Below are positions 50,520 through 63,503 of a DNA stretch of 64,000 nucleotides, piece after piece; within the stretch, counting starts at the first letter, position 1; each line of letters opens with the position of its first letter. The notes below the pieces were generated by a model, which saw nothing but the letters and a program-made list of their open reading frames with translations, was not told where the DNA came from and ran no database searches. The position numbers were made by a program, and so were the translations under genes. This stretch comes from the human T2T-CHM13v2.0 reference genome, Homo sapiens, in the NCBI RefSeq assembly GCF_009914755.1, contig NC_060927.1. One strand, written 5' to 3'.

Positions 50520-51240
50520 AGGGATAACAGCTTTGTTGAAACATGTCATGTACCACAAAATTTATCCTACAGTTTAGTCTTTTTTGGTATTCAGTGGTGC
50601 AACCATTACCACAATCAATTCTAAAACATTTTGATCACTCTAGAAACACTGTACCCATTACTTGCCACTTTCTATTTCTCTTTTCTCCTCCAGTTAACAT
50701 TCTGTCTCTGAATATTTTTGCCTGTTGTGGACATTTCACGTAACTGGAATTAGACCACATAACGGTCTTCTCTGGCTTCTTTCTCTCTTAGCATGTTTTA
50801 AGGTTCATCCATGTTGTAGCATGTGTCAGTACTTCATTCCTGTTTGTCACTGAATAAATATTACATTTATAATACCACATTTTTATTCATGAGTTGATGA
50901 ACATTTGGGTTATCTCCACTTTTTGGCTATGAATATGCTGCTGTGAACATTCATATATAGATTTTTGTGGATGTACATTTTTAGTTCGAGAGAAGAGTAG
51001 AATTGCTGAGTCATGAGTAACAGGTACTGTATGTTTAGCATTTTGAGGAACCACCAAACTCTTCTCCAAAGCAGTGGTACCATTTTACATTCCCACCATC
51101 AGTGCATGTGGGTTCTGATTCTCTATATCCTTGCCAGCCCTTGTTATTCTACTGGTTGTGAAGTGGTATCTCAGGTGGTTTTGGTTTGCATTTCCCCCCC
51201 AGTGACTGATGATGTTGAGCATCTTTTCATGATTATCAGT
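50520..51240 (-). mobile_element. Old L1M 3' fragment
   Basis: aaggttcatccatgttgtagcatgtgtcagtacttcattcc motif. Confidence 0.7.
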
Positions 51241-51446
51241 TCATAGAAATGGAAATTAGAGTGGTGGCTGCCAGTGGTTGGGAGTATGTGGTTGTTCTTT
51301 AATGAGTATAGAGGTTCGGTTTTGTTGAAAATTAATGAAAGAAAAAAGTCTTAGAGGGCAATAATTGTTTAATGTTTTGGGGAAAATTATTTAATATTGA
51401 AAATTTTGTTTACAATTTTTAAAAATCATTTGCAACTTTTTTTTAG

Positions 51447-51940
51447 ATGACTTAAATATAGGAATATTCACCAATGCAGAATCACATTGTGGATCATTAA
51501 TGGAGAGGGACATCACAAATTGTTCATCTCCTGAGATTTCGGCAGAACTTATTGGACAGTTTAGCACCAAGAAAAACAAGCAAGAACTAACTCAGGATAA
51601 AGGAGCCAGCTTAGAAAAAGAAAACAATCGGTGTAATGACCAGTGTAATCAGTTCACAAGAATAGAGAAACAAACAAAACACATGAAGAAATATCCTAAA
51701 AGGCCTGATTGGAATATAAATAAGCCACCTAAAAGGTATATTCCAGCATCAGAAAAGTACCCTAAACAGCTTCAAAAGCAGAGAGAAGAAAAAAAAGTAA
51801 GGAGGCAGATGGAATTGCTTCATTTGGTAGAAAAAAATAATCCTGGGCACCTCTCTCAAAACAGAGGCATTTCACCAGAAATTTTTCATTCATCTCATCA
51901 AGAAACGGAGTCAAAGTTGAGGTGGCATCTAGTCAAAAAG
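51447..51940 (+). CDS. CCDC66: CCDC66 coding exon (probably exon 14), 494 bp, DDLNIGIFTNAESHCGSLMERDIT...LRWHLVKK
   Basis: ttttttag|ATGAC acceptor and AAAAAG|gtaaag donor; ORF 51500..51964. Confidence 0.93.
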
Positions 51941-52047
51941 GTAAAGCTCTTCCATCTTAGATGATGTGTTGACGTTTCTGGATTCAAAACACAGTTTCTC
52001 ATACGTATGCTTTGGTAAGGCTGTTCTGATCTGTTTCAGTTTACATT

Positions 52048-52220
52048 AGGGATCAGCAAACTATATCCCATGGGCAAATCCAGGCTGCTGCCTGTTTTTG
52101 GAAAGTTTTATACGAACATAGTCAACTCATTCTTTTATGAATTGTCTGTGGCTGACTTCACACACCAGACTAGCAACAGAAACAATATGGCCCACAAAGC
52201 TGAAAAGGTTTCCTTATGCT
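52048..52220. mobile_element. MER58-like hAT DNA transposon fragment
   Basis: gggatcagcaaact...ggcaaatccaggctgctgcctgttttt. Confidence 0.55.
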
Positions 52221-52506
52221 TATCGAGTCCTTTACACTTACACAACTTCTGTAGATGGATGCTGTGTATTCAAATACCCCTTTAAAACCCTTGTTTATAG
52301 TCCACATAGACAGAGGTTTGGGAGATTAGGAACTCCCAAGGATTAGTTTTGACTCTGGAAAAAACTATATCTATTCCATTGCTCAGTCAGTACCTGTTAT
52401 TCAAATATTACCCTCAGACTATTTCAACAAGTAGCCCTAAAAATATTTGTGGGGACATGTGAAGATGCTATATATTCCTTTCTGCATTTATCTATCCATA
52501 TTTTAG

Positions 52507-52547
52507 GAAGAAGAGCCTCTGAATATTCATTCATTCAGCAAGGAAAG
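52507..52547 (+). CDS. CCDC66: CCDC66 small coding exon (probably exon 15), 41 bp, EEEPLNIHSFSKE(R)
   Basis: ttttag|GAAGAA acceptor and GAAAG|gtaagt donor; needed to keep phase (0 in, 2 out). Confidence 0.88.
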
Positions 52548-53221
52548 GTAAGTATGCATCAGATTAATTCCGCAGCTACTTAATGCTTTCTATGTGGGAC
52601 AAAAAAGGGATTCAAGATCTGGACAGCATCATATGGTATATGTAGAGAACAATCAGAAAGGGTGTGGCTTCCAGGTGAGGGTTAGAGGTTTAAGGGATAG
52701 TGTGGCACTTTAGCAGGAGCTTGAAGGCCCAAGTTGGACTGGGCCTAGGCAGGAATGTAGATAACATTTACTTTTATCTCTAGACTTAACTAAGTGATTT
52801 TGATATTCCAGGTATGTCATTAGCAGAATAGGCATTCTGCTTTGGGAGGAGGGATGGCTGGGGGCTGTGAATGGGAAGAAATGACTGATAAGGACAATGA
52901 GAAATTCAGTCAGTTAATGAGAGATTTAGAACCATTAGAATTTTTATTCTTTGTGCATGAACCAGCTGGTTTAGTTGTCTCAGAATGGGGCTCTAAAAAC
53001 AAGTTTCATTCAAATGGTGAGTACATTATTGTATGGTGAATTATCTAAGGAGAAACAGTAGGCTCAGATTAACCAAGCCAGCACTGTTCCTCAGGATCTA
53101 GGAATTAAATTTCTCCCTTGTGCTACAGTACACATACCATAGCTAGTGCTAGTAAAAACATAAATGAATACCATTCTCTTCCCCGGTTTTATGGAACAAT
53201 ATTATAGAGTTCAGGCTTCTA

Positions 53222-53566
<345 letters not shown>

Positions 53567-53604
53567 CTAAATACACAATTTTTTACTATTTTTTTTTTAA
53601 ATAG

Positions 53605-53861
53605 GTCTCCATCATCACCAGTTCCAGTAGTGAAAAACAGAACCCAACAAACTCAAAATACATTACATTTACCACTAAAAAACAGTAGCTATGAGAGAGA
53701 GAATTTGATCTCAGGAAGTAATCAAACAGAATTATCATCTGGGATTTCTGAATCATCCCATTTTATTCCGTATGTTCGAACAAATGAGATCTATTACCTT
53801 GATCCCGATGCACCATTGTCTGGGCCTTCAACCCAGGACCCTCAGTACCAAAATTCACAAG
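53605..53861 (+). CDS. CCDC66: CCDC66 coding exon (probably exon 16), 257 bp, RSPSSPVPVVKNRTQQTQ...PYVRTNEIYYLDPDAP...QNSQ
   Basis: aaatag|GTCT acceptor and CAAG|gtaagt donor; ORF 53630..53869. Confidence 0.92.
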
Positions 53862-54108
53862 GTAAGTAAATATTAAGCATTCTAACTGTAAAAATTGAAG
53901 ACCCATGTAAACCCCCAACAACTTTAAATTCCAAATTAGTAATTCCTGCACTTAGTTCTATAAAGTTTCTTGAATATGTCTTAAATTTTTCTTAGTACTT
54001 TCCTAGGATACATACTTATTATAATGACTCCTGACAATATTATATAGCACAGGGCTATGTCATTTTACTAATGTAATTGACTGACTTGTTACTTTCATCT
54101 GGCTTTAG

Positions 54109-54233
54109 ACTGTGGCCAAAAACGACAGCTATTTGATTCTGACTGTGTCAGGGATCCACTTCTTAATCCTAACATGGTGAAAAATAGGGATCGACAGCAA
54201 GCAATCCTTAAGGGACTTTCAGAACTGAGACAG
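54109..54233 (+). CDS. CCDC66: CCDC66 coding exon (probably exon 17), 125 bp, DCGQKRQLFDSDCVRDPLLNPNMVKNRDRQQAILKGLSELRQ
   Basis: ctttag|ACTGT acceptor and AGACAG|gtatga donor. Confidence 0.92.
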
Positions 54234-54473
54234 GTATGAGCTTTTTCAAGTGTAGATATGTCTGTTCTTTATGTGGCGTGGGCGGTTGGGGGAACCTGTT
54301 GAACGGTTTAAGTTACTTCGGTGCATCCCAGGATTTAACAAAAATATTTCAGTTCCTGTATGTTTGTTAGACACAAATAAAATGGGACTTTCCTAAGACT
54401 TGCTTTTACACTGCCGTCTTTGAGTAGTTCTTTCCAGTATGAAATCATCAGACAGTTCTAAAATTAAGACAAG

Positions 54474-54479
54474 TTTATT
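54474..54479 (-). terminator. TASOR: Candidate distal TASOR poly(A) signal AATAAA inside the last CCDC66 intron
   Basis: TTTATT on +; TGTA motifs upstream on the minus strand; more proximal minus-strand AATAAA at 56428, 56446, 56865 and 57203. Confidence 0.6.
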
Positions 54480-55196
54480 GAGTAAAAAAATGCATACATT
54501 GGAACGGCAAAACATCAATAAGGCCCTAAAACAAAAAATACAGTTATGCTTTAACAAATTCTTAGCAATGTGGCCCACGCTTTTTAAAAAATTGACGTGT
54601 TGGCAGTGTTTGTTAGAACATTGACGTACATCCCAAATAGTAATAAATTCAGTATGAAATTATACGCATAACCTTACTCACCATACTACTTTTTCTCCCA
54701 AACTATTGTGACTTCTTTTTGCTCTCTGATTAAAACAAACAGGTAACATCCTTACACCTTTGCTCCATCCCTTGGGCTTTAAAAAGAATGGCTGTAGTTA
54801 GTTTTGATTCACTATATACTCTCTGTACTTGAGGAAGAGTAAGCTGTGTTTAAAAGTGCCCTTTTCCATGTCGTCATGTACCAATACCCTCTGCATTTGA
54901 AAATGTTGACTCAGATGTTTTTCCCTCTACAGAACTAGAAAATTGTCCCCCCACTTTGGTCTATTTACTCATTTGAAGACAAACAGGGTTACTAAGAGTT
55001 TTACATAAGTTATTTCTTTAGAGTGACGAAGTGTTAGTTTACTTCTTGCTTAGTGGAGACAAAAATTGTGAGATAAAGAGGAAGGAATAGGATGTACACA
55101 TTTACCCATCAATATAGCACCCAGTGTTATTTGAGCAGGACCCTTCTGTTAGCATCTAAGGTAAGGTTAGGACAGTCAAGATAAAATACTGGATGT

Positions 55197-55520
55197 TGGC
55201 CAGGAGCAGTGGCTCAAGCCTGTAATCCCAGCACTTTGGGAGGCTGAGGCAGGCAGATCATGAGGTCAGGAGATCAAGACCATCCTGGCTAACACAGTGA
55301 AACCCTGTCTCTACTAAAAATACAAAAAGTTAGTTAGTTAGTTAGCCAGGCGTGGTGGTGGGTGCCTGTAGTCCCAGCCATTCGGGAGGTTGAGGCAGGA
55401 GAATGGTGTGAACCTGGGAGGCAGAGCTTGCAGTGAGATTGCACCACTGTACTCCAGCTTGGGCGACAGAGCGAGACTCCATCTCCAAAAAAAAACAAAA
55501 AAACAACAACAAAAAAAAAA
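55197..55520 (+). mobile_element. Alu (Y/Sc-like) with a (TTAG)4 expansion in the linker; in the last CCDC66 intron and the candidate long TASOR 3'UTR
   Basis: Alu motifs; aagttagttagttagttagcc. Confidence 0.85.
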
Positions 55521-55858
55521 CACTGTATGTTAAGGGAGACTCCTTCAGTATCTAAGAGCACTTGGGGGTGGACTGGGGGAGAAGGGATGACTTCATTTAC
55601 CCCCATAGTTATGGAGTCTTGAGTTCTAAGAAAATTTTCATCCCTATTGATTTTTATGCTAAAAACAGAATCTTACAAATGTGATAGCTATATATCCAAA
55701 TGAGGTGGTCTAGTACAAGCATTTCTGAAAAAATTTTTGAATGACAAAATTTTATCCTAAGCGATATGTTTTCCAAGTGAATATAATTCTAGTTTAACAC
55801 AACATTGCAAGTCAGGTGTGCACATTTTACTAACAAACATATATCAATGTGATTTCAG

Positions 55859-55945
55859 GGCCTTCTCCAGAAGCAAAAGGAGTTGGAAAGTAGTCTCCTG
55901 CCTTTAGCTGAAAATCAAGAAGAGAGTTTTGGTTCTTCATTTTAA
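55859..55945 (+). CDS. CCDC66: CCDC66 last coding exon, GLLQKQKELESSLLPLAENQEESFGSSF*
   Basis: tttcag|GGCCTT acceptor; TAA at 55943-55945; followed by an AT-rich 3'UTR. Confidence 0.92.
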   Translation, partial: GLLQKQKELESSLLPLAENQEESFGSSF

Positions 55946-56108
55946 ATGTAGAAAATCAAATCCTTCACATTTGATTTGTGTCTTCCAAATTATAAAATGT
56001 GCTCACTGGCTCAACTGTATTTTTCAAATAGCCTAGATTTACTTATTTTTTTAAATGCTCATTAAAAACTTGTATACTATGTAGTAAAATGCTGTACTTG
56101 TTCTATAC

Positions 56109-56114
56109 AATAAA
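56109..56114 (+). terminator. CCDC66: CCDC66 polyadenylation signal AATAAA (ATTAAA variant at 56061-56066)
   Basis: Hexamer about 165 nt after the stop codon, with upstream TGTA motifs. Confidence 0.75.
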
Positions 56115-57363
56115 ACAGATACTTCTTTTGTAAAAGCTTAGTAGTAAAAAAAAAAAAAAAAAAACCGGTTCTTCTGCTCTGTCACCACCTGGGTATTGAA
56201 GCCCTATAAAAACACTTTCTACTTACCTTAATATAGTCTGGCGTTGCTGGGACCTCACAGTGTTCTTTCACACTTTTTATGTAACTTAGGAACTGAAATA
56301 CCACTCATGCATTTGTTCTAAAGTGCCAAAGTTCTGTCTAACTTATTAACACGTCTAGACCCATAACTCCATAACTTTTACTGAAATAACACAAATTCAG
56401 TTTAGGCTCCTTCTCTAAATCCTGACATTTATTTGCACTATGACATTTATTTGTAGAAATTGCAATTTTCAAAAACATTTTTAAAAGTTAGCATTAGTAA
56501 CAAGTTAGTAATTAGTATTAGAGGCAGTAGTTAGGAATAGATACGGGTTTGAAAGCTATCTCCACTGTATCTGTCTAGTATAGCATTAATGTGTTCAACA
56601 AATGGTAATTACTACTAAGACCACCTCAAAAATATATTCCCATTATACTTCCATTTTGCTAAAACTAATTTAAAAATCAAATTGTTCAACGCCTTTGATA
56701 AACAGAAGCCTATCTTTTGAAATAAAAAATTTAATTTCATTAAATCAAGGATTGCGCAGGTACTGAAAATTATCCAATACTCTCAAAAAGTTACCAGAAT
56801 TTTAGCAATAGGCAGTTTTTACATGACTAAGCCTAGAGATAAAAAATGTGTCCTATGTACATAGTTTATTATCTAAATGAAACTGCACTGTTAGATAAAT
56901 CTTGAGGTATCGAGCCAAAATCCTGTAAATATTAACACTGCTATTACTGACTTATACCTGTGTAAACACAGTATACAAAAGCCTACATCAAAATAATTCA
57001 CTTCAACAAAAGTACTTTATATCAGGTGACATTAGAGAAAAAGAAGTAAAGCCTTTGCTGTTTACCGTCCTCCTGCAAGCATCTGATTTTACACATAAAA
57101 CAGGCTTCAATTTGAAGCCTAAGTACAGGTAACATACAAAAAGTAAAACTTAGAAGTGCCAACATGAGATAATTCAAGTACAATATATGTTAAAAATATA
57201 TATTTATTTCAATTTTTAGATGCTTCAACTGTTACAGGCCATCATGATTTAAATAAAAGAAAAAACATTTGAGAAAGAACAAGAACCTTTTGTTTAGAGA
57301 ATGAAATATAAATTGTTAATAAACAAAGTCCACAACAATCTCTTAAAAAAAAAGTTACTACAG

Positions 57364-57893
57364 TTATTTCTCTTGTGAATATGGCCTGGAAGAATCACTT
57401 TTCCCCCAACTTAAGGGAGGTGGAGATTTATCTCTATCCAAGCTTTCAGTATAAGCAGATAAGAAGTAATTCTCATTTTCTTGAGACTGACTTGATGAAA
57501 GGGCATATGGTGTCCCCAAAAATGTCTGATGAGTGAGAACATTAAAATGACTAAACTGATGGGACATATTTAATTGACTATGATAAACCTGAAAGTTACT
57601 ATATGAATCTTGTTCTGTTGAATTGCTGTTCTCTCCTTCAGAGCATACTATATCAATAGAAGTTCTCTCTTCAGAATCAAGGTAAGTCTTATCTTCTAAT
57701 AAACTGTTTTGCACATCAGGAGACGATTGCAACTCAATTTGAGTATTCTTTTTTTGATCTGTTCCACGTGATCCTTTGGTCTCTTTCTCCCATATTTCTG
57801 AATGAAAATTGCTGCATACTTCTATATGTGAGATTTCATCCCCTGAATCCAGAGACATATCCTCTTCATCCTTTTCATCGTTTTCTAAAAGAG
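57364..57893 (-). CDS. TASOR: TASOR last coding exon of the long isoform, ALLENDEKDEEDMSLDSGDE...SSRPYSQEK*
   Basis: Minus-strand acceptor ttttttaaatgtag|CTCTTTTAG; ORF 57364..57858; peptide recognised as the TASOR/FAM208A C-terminus. Confidence 0.9.
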
Positions 57894-58114
57894 CTACATT
57901 TAAAAAACAAAAAGTCCTCCTCTATTGAAATACACAGTTTGTTTAAGTTTTAAAATTATACACTACTCACACAATATAACGCGTCAGGGTCTGCAAGTCC
58001 ACAATCCCTTAAAGCTTGGTCTTCTGCCACAAGTTCACTTAGTCACAACACTCACACTAGATGTGAATGTCCAGATAATCCGATGCTAAAAGCTTCTGCG
58101 AAATGTGTTCACGT

Positions 58115-58170
58115 TTAATGTTGGGAAATCCCAACTCCCAGCTCCAAAGGGGTTAATGTCAAAACAGCAT
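58115..58170 (-). CDS. TASOR: TASOR alternative terminal coding segment DAVLTLTPLELGVGISQH* (short C-terminus isoform)
   Basis: Minus-strand acceptor ataactttag|ATGCTG in phase 1 with the 58806 donor; 18 residues then TAA; consistent with the shorter TASOR isoform as recalled. Confidence 0.7.
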
Positions 58171-58805
58171 CTAAAGTTATACGGTAATTCAGTATTTGAC
58201 AAGACAAATATAAAATAAAATTTTTTGACATCTAGCTTCACTGGATTACTAAACTAGTTGGTTAGCACTAAATGAATGATCATTTCTGCTTTTTTTCATC
58301 AAAAACAAAAGTACATCTTTCATTTTACACAGAACCTGGAACCAAAGCAGAGGCCATCTCACAAAAGATTAAAGCTATGACAGCTCTACTATCTTGCAAT
58401 TAAATTGCTTTATGCATGTGGGGAAATCTAGTAGCTCAATGCTAAATCGCCATATCTGGTTTCCTACCTTTTTATTAATATAACCCCTTTGCTGACAATA
58501 GTAACCAATAATGCTTACAAAAACCTCAAAGACAAAATGCATACTCCATAGTATGCACTGTCTACAATATAGGTAGAAATGCATAATCTATAATAACTTA
58601 CAACTTACACTGGCTACAGTATAATAAATGAGCAGATCTTGTGCATGCTAAGTATTAGAATGATAAATGTCTTGAAACACTTTCCCTATGGCTGTTTATA
58701 CTGAGGTACGTGGTTTCAAAATGGTCATTTCATTATTTGGTAACAGCAAAACCATTCCTCTTTTTCTGTCTGCGTTAAACAAAATGAAAACCACTGAAAA
58801 GTTAC

Positions 58806-58970
58806 CTGACTGCGACTCAAGATTCTCATTAGCACCAAGCTGTGGAAGGTTTTCTTCTGTGATTGAATTGTGATAGCCCACAAGATTTTTAAAGTTTTGC
58901 ATGAAGTCTTCAGCAGTTGCAACCACTATTCCATTATCTGTATAACTGGAAAGCATCTTGATGTTCTTCT
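58806..58970 (-). CDS. TASOR: TASOR penultimate coding exon, 165 bp, EKNIKMLSSYTDNGIVVATAEDFMQNFKNLVGYHNSITEENLPQLGANENLESQS
   Basis: taatttag|AGAAG acceptor and TCAG|gtaact donor; phase 1-1. Confidence 0.9.
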
Positions 58971-59154
58971 CTAAATTAAGAAAAAAAGTTTCATGTATGA
59001 AACACTTCAAAATATAGACAGCCCCTAGCCCTCACAAAATCTTTTCCTTCACATTTTCAGAATCAAAGCTTAGCAATACCCACCACAGCCCCATAAAATC
59101 CTTTCATTCACATTCCTATATTCATAGTAGAAAGCTTAGGAGTGCTCTCTTTAC

Positions 59155-59333
59155 CTGTTAAAAAGACTATGTGTCGTTGCTGTATGTTCTGAGCCTGAAG
59201 TCTGATAAGGCAATCCAATTCTGGAGCATTTCGAGTTTGTGAATCACAATTGTGGTATGACAAAATTTCAACCAGATGTTTCTTCTGATAGACATTCAGA
59301 AGCGTCAACAGACTTAGAGCTTTAGCATTCAAT
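59155..59333 (-). CDS. TASOR: TASOR coding exon, 179 bp, RLNAKALSLLTLLNVYQKKHLVEILSYHNCDSQ...RHIVFLT
   Basis: ttcacag|ATTG acceptor and ACAG|gtaaag donor; ORF 59108..59332. Confidence 0.9.
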
Positions 59334-59676
59334 CTGTGAAATTAAGCAGTTCAGTTTCTGGATCTGTACTTCTAAAATTTAGTATGGAAATTTCTGCTTT
59401 AGATTAAAATTCAATTTCTCCACTGAGGCAACTAATGACAACTGCACTGCTTTAGCTCTCTGCCTGATGTAGGGGGTGTGCTTCTTTGGAAAGAAAGAAA
59501 GAAGGGATAAGTCCAGGGGTTTCTTGGTCGCGAGGCCTCAGGGCCAGCTATACAGCTTAGGCTAAAATCTCAGCTGATTATTCTACTTACTAAATAATAA
59601 ATTATGATTACCTTTATTAATTTTGAACTTTAATGAAGGACTTAAAGGGACAAAAACAGTATAAATCCTTCCTTCA

Positions 59677-60249
<573 letters not shown>

Positions 60250-60768
60250 GCTCTAAGCTGTTTCTATATTGCAAGGGACAAGGCAACAAGTGGAGATAAG
60301 CTTTTAAAAGTGAATTGCTACAATGAATTAAATACTCAAAAATTATTTAAGCCTTAATTTCCTGAACAGTGTACCATGGAATGTCGTATTTTAAGAAATT
60401 TTTGTGGTATAAAGTTTAAGGAAATAATGATTGACACAATGTAAATTCTTTTAACTAGAGTTCTTCATATCCTTTAATGTGTAAATACATTTTATAGACT
60501 TTACTAGTAGAATATAGTGTCCCAAACGTGCCTGATTACCATAATCATTTATGGAATCTCTCAATTGACTAGTGTTCCAAAGATCACACTTGGAGAAGTG
60601 ACTTCCATGCATTTTAGAAATTATCTATGTATACATGAATTGATGTCCTACTCACAAATCACTTCACCAGGTCAAGATTAATCCTTGTCCAAATATATGT
60701 AATTTTATTAGCTACCTATAAAGTAGTCAGTTGGGAGAGGGCCTGATGTAGTTGGCACATACAGTTCA

Positions 60769-61088
<320 letters not shown>

Positions 61089-61363
61089 ATGCTGATCATT
61101 CCATTTGGATGATTACTCTAAATCCACAAATGGCAAAGATTAAACCAATTTTACCTATGCACATAACAACTTCAGCAAACTTCTACTGAAAAATACTGCT
61201 TCTTATAAAGGCTAGAATAATTCAGTATCTATACTCAATTATGGCTGGCTATGGACATCTGTGAAAAATGAACATCCATAATCTACAAACATGGGAAGAG
61301 AGAAATATTATGAGTACAATGTTAAAATCAACAACCATTATATAGTTATGTTTCAAAGCTTAC

Positions 61364-61472
61364 CTGCCTAGTTCCTTTAGTTTCTTCTGAAATTTACAGT
61401 GGACTTTCCATTGCCATTTTCCTTCTGGAGTACTAAGTTCCTCAAGGAATGTCAAAAAATTTTTAAGGTTCT
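61364..61472 (-). CDS. TASOR: TASOR coding exon, 109 bp, ENLKNFLTFLEELSTPEGKWQWKVHCKFQKKLKELG
   Basis: ctaacag|AGAAC acceptor and GGCAG|gtaagc donor; phases fit neighbours. Confidence 0.9.
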
Positions 61473-61908
61473 CTGTTAGAGATAATGAAGTTTGTTTTTA
61501 ATTCAATAAATAATCATTCCATAAGTGAATTATGAAAGAAGTGTTTTTTCATATTATGTAGAAACACCTACTTTCCTATGTACTATTTTCATTTCTCTTT
61601 GTCTAAGGGAGACAGATCGATACATGCCTAAAGCTCTAATAATATAACATCTACACATAAAAAAGAACATGTTGATGACAGTAATACAAGAAGTGATTCA
61701 ACTGCAGCAGGGGCAGACAGCCTTGCTTTACACCACATTTAGAGGATATTATTGGTCTAAGAGAAGGAGAAAGAAATTTGAGGTAATAAAAGCTCAAGAA
61801 AAGACTGAAATGTACTAGTTATCTGTGAATGGCAGAATAAATGGACAGTACATTAAAAAGTATGAGAGTCAGAAGAGGAGTTACGTGCTCAAAAGAACAT
61901 CATCTTAC

Positions 61909-62068
61909 CAACTGTGACAACCTCTGGGTTTAGAATTGATTCATCAGATACGATAAAACCTCCAGATACAAATAATTCATTGTATGTATGATTTTTAACA
62001 TCATCCAGGCTATCAACACCAGCAAAACTAACACAGGGGAGCTTCTTTAAAGTCACCAAGCCAGGTAT
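61909..62068 (-). CDS. TASOR: TASOR coding exon, 160 bp, [53 protein letters not shown]
   Basis: aaacag|ATACCT acceptor and GTTG|gtaaga donor; ORF 61889..62164. Confidence 0.92.
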
Positions 62069-62815
62069 CTGTTTAAATCCCAAAACAAAAAGAGAAACAG
62101 ATGGAGGGAATGAATTGACAGACTCAAGTGTGAAGGAACCTACAAGAAGTCTAACAGAATGCATTATGGCTCATCTATATTAGTGGATTACCTCTGGAAA
62201 GCCACACAAATATTCCCAACATTATTTCCCAATATATAAACCAACATTTATGTACTGGGACCTACCACAGACGACTAAGGAAAAGGAGCTTACAATAGAC
62301 CTGAAAACACAAAATGGACAAAAGCTGACCTCTCTATAACCTGTGAGTACAGTCAGAATTCAGACGAAGGCAAAAGCCTATGTGCTCGAACAGTCAATCA
62401 GGAAAGACGTCCAAGATGTAGGATGGAGATAGGGCTCCTAAGACTAGATGGGATACCTCAAAATTTAAGGGAAAAGGGGACTGGTCTGGCAAAGATGGAG
62501 CACAAATAGGCTTTTCCTAGGACATACAAATGAAGATGAAAACATTATGTAGTCAGTCAGCAGACCCAATGGCATTCAAGGATTCAGTACTCTTATTAGT
62601 CTTGACTACCTGAGTGACAGGGAAGATCTGTGATGTGCAGCAATTTAAAATTTTGCATAGGTACAAACTTGAATCTCACAAGCTGATTCACAGATGGGTC
62701 CTTAAGTTTAATCTCCTTTAAAGCTTATTTTAAAAACACTAGTCTGGCAGACAGTAAGATTTTAAAATAAGGGAGTTTTTAAAACCAAAGTAGTGAATTT
62801 GACTTAATAGTCTAC

Positions 62816-62938
62816 CTTGTGAATGAAACCTGCAATGTCTTCATTTTGAATAATAATCAATAGTTTATCTAATTTTGATCTTCTTTCCAAAAACTGTTCA
62901 GGATGACATTCTGTATTGCCTAATTTGATAAGATATTC
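62816..62938 (-). CDS. TASOR: TASOR coding exon, 123 bp, EYLIKLGNTECHPEQFLERRSKLDKLLIIIQNEDIAGFIHK
   Basis: ctttaacag|GAATAT acceptor and CACAAG|gtagac donor; phase 0-0; open frame. Confidence 0.9.
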
Positions 62939-63088
62939 CTGTTAAAGAAAAACAACTAAATCAATATTAAAATACTTCTTTGTAAACATCAATTTAACAC
63001 CAGAAATGCAAGATAAACTGATAAGCTTAACTACTACCATGACATTATTAACAATGAATGAACTTACACTCTAAGAGACCATCAAATC

Positions 63089-63414
<326 letters not shown>

Positions 63415-63434
63415 TAGAAGAGGAATCTAAAGGT

Positions 63435-63503
63435 CAGAGCTTCACCAATCACATAGTCACAATGTTACAGAGCTTCACCAATCACACAGTCACAATGTTA
63501 CAG
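63435..63503. repeat. 33-bp tandem duplication CAGAGCTTCACCAATCACA(T/C)AGTCACAATGTTA x2
   Basis: Direct reading; one mismatch between copies. Confidence 0.9.

Noticed and set aside
56109-56164. AATAAA plus A19 as a processed-pseudogene end
   Set aside because: Upstream exons are separated by normal introns and no TSD is evident; this is the native CCDC66 3' end
59108-59154. Read-through extension GKESTPKLSTMNIGM* of a TASOR exon as a fourth C-terminus
   Set aside because: Short run-on past a good donor, expected by chance; no further support in the sequence
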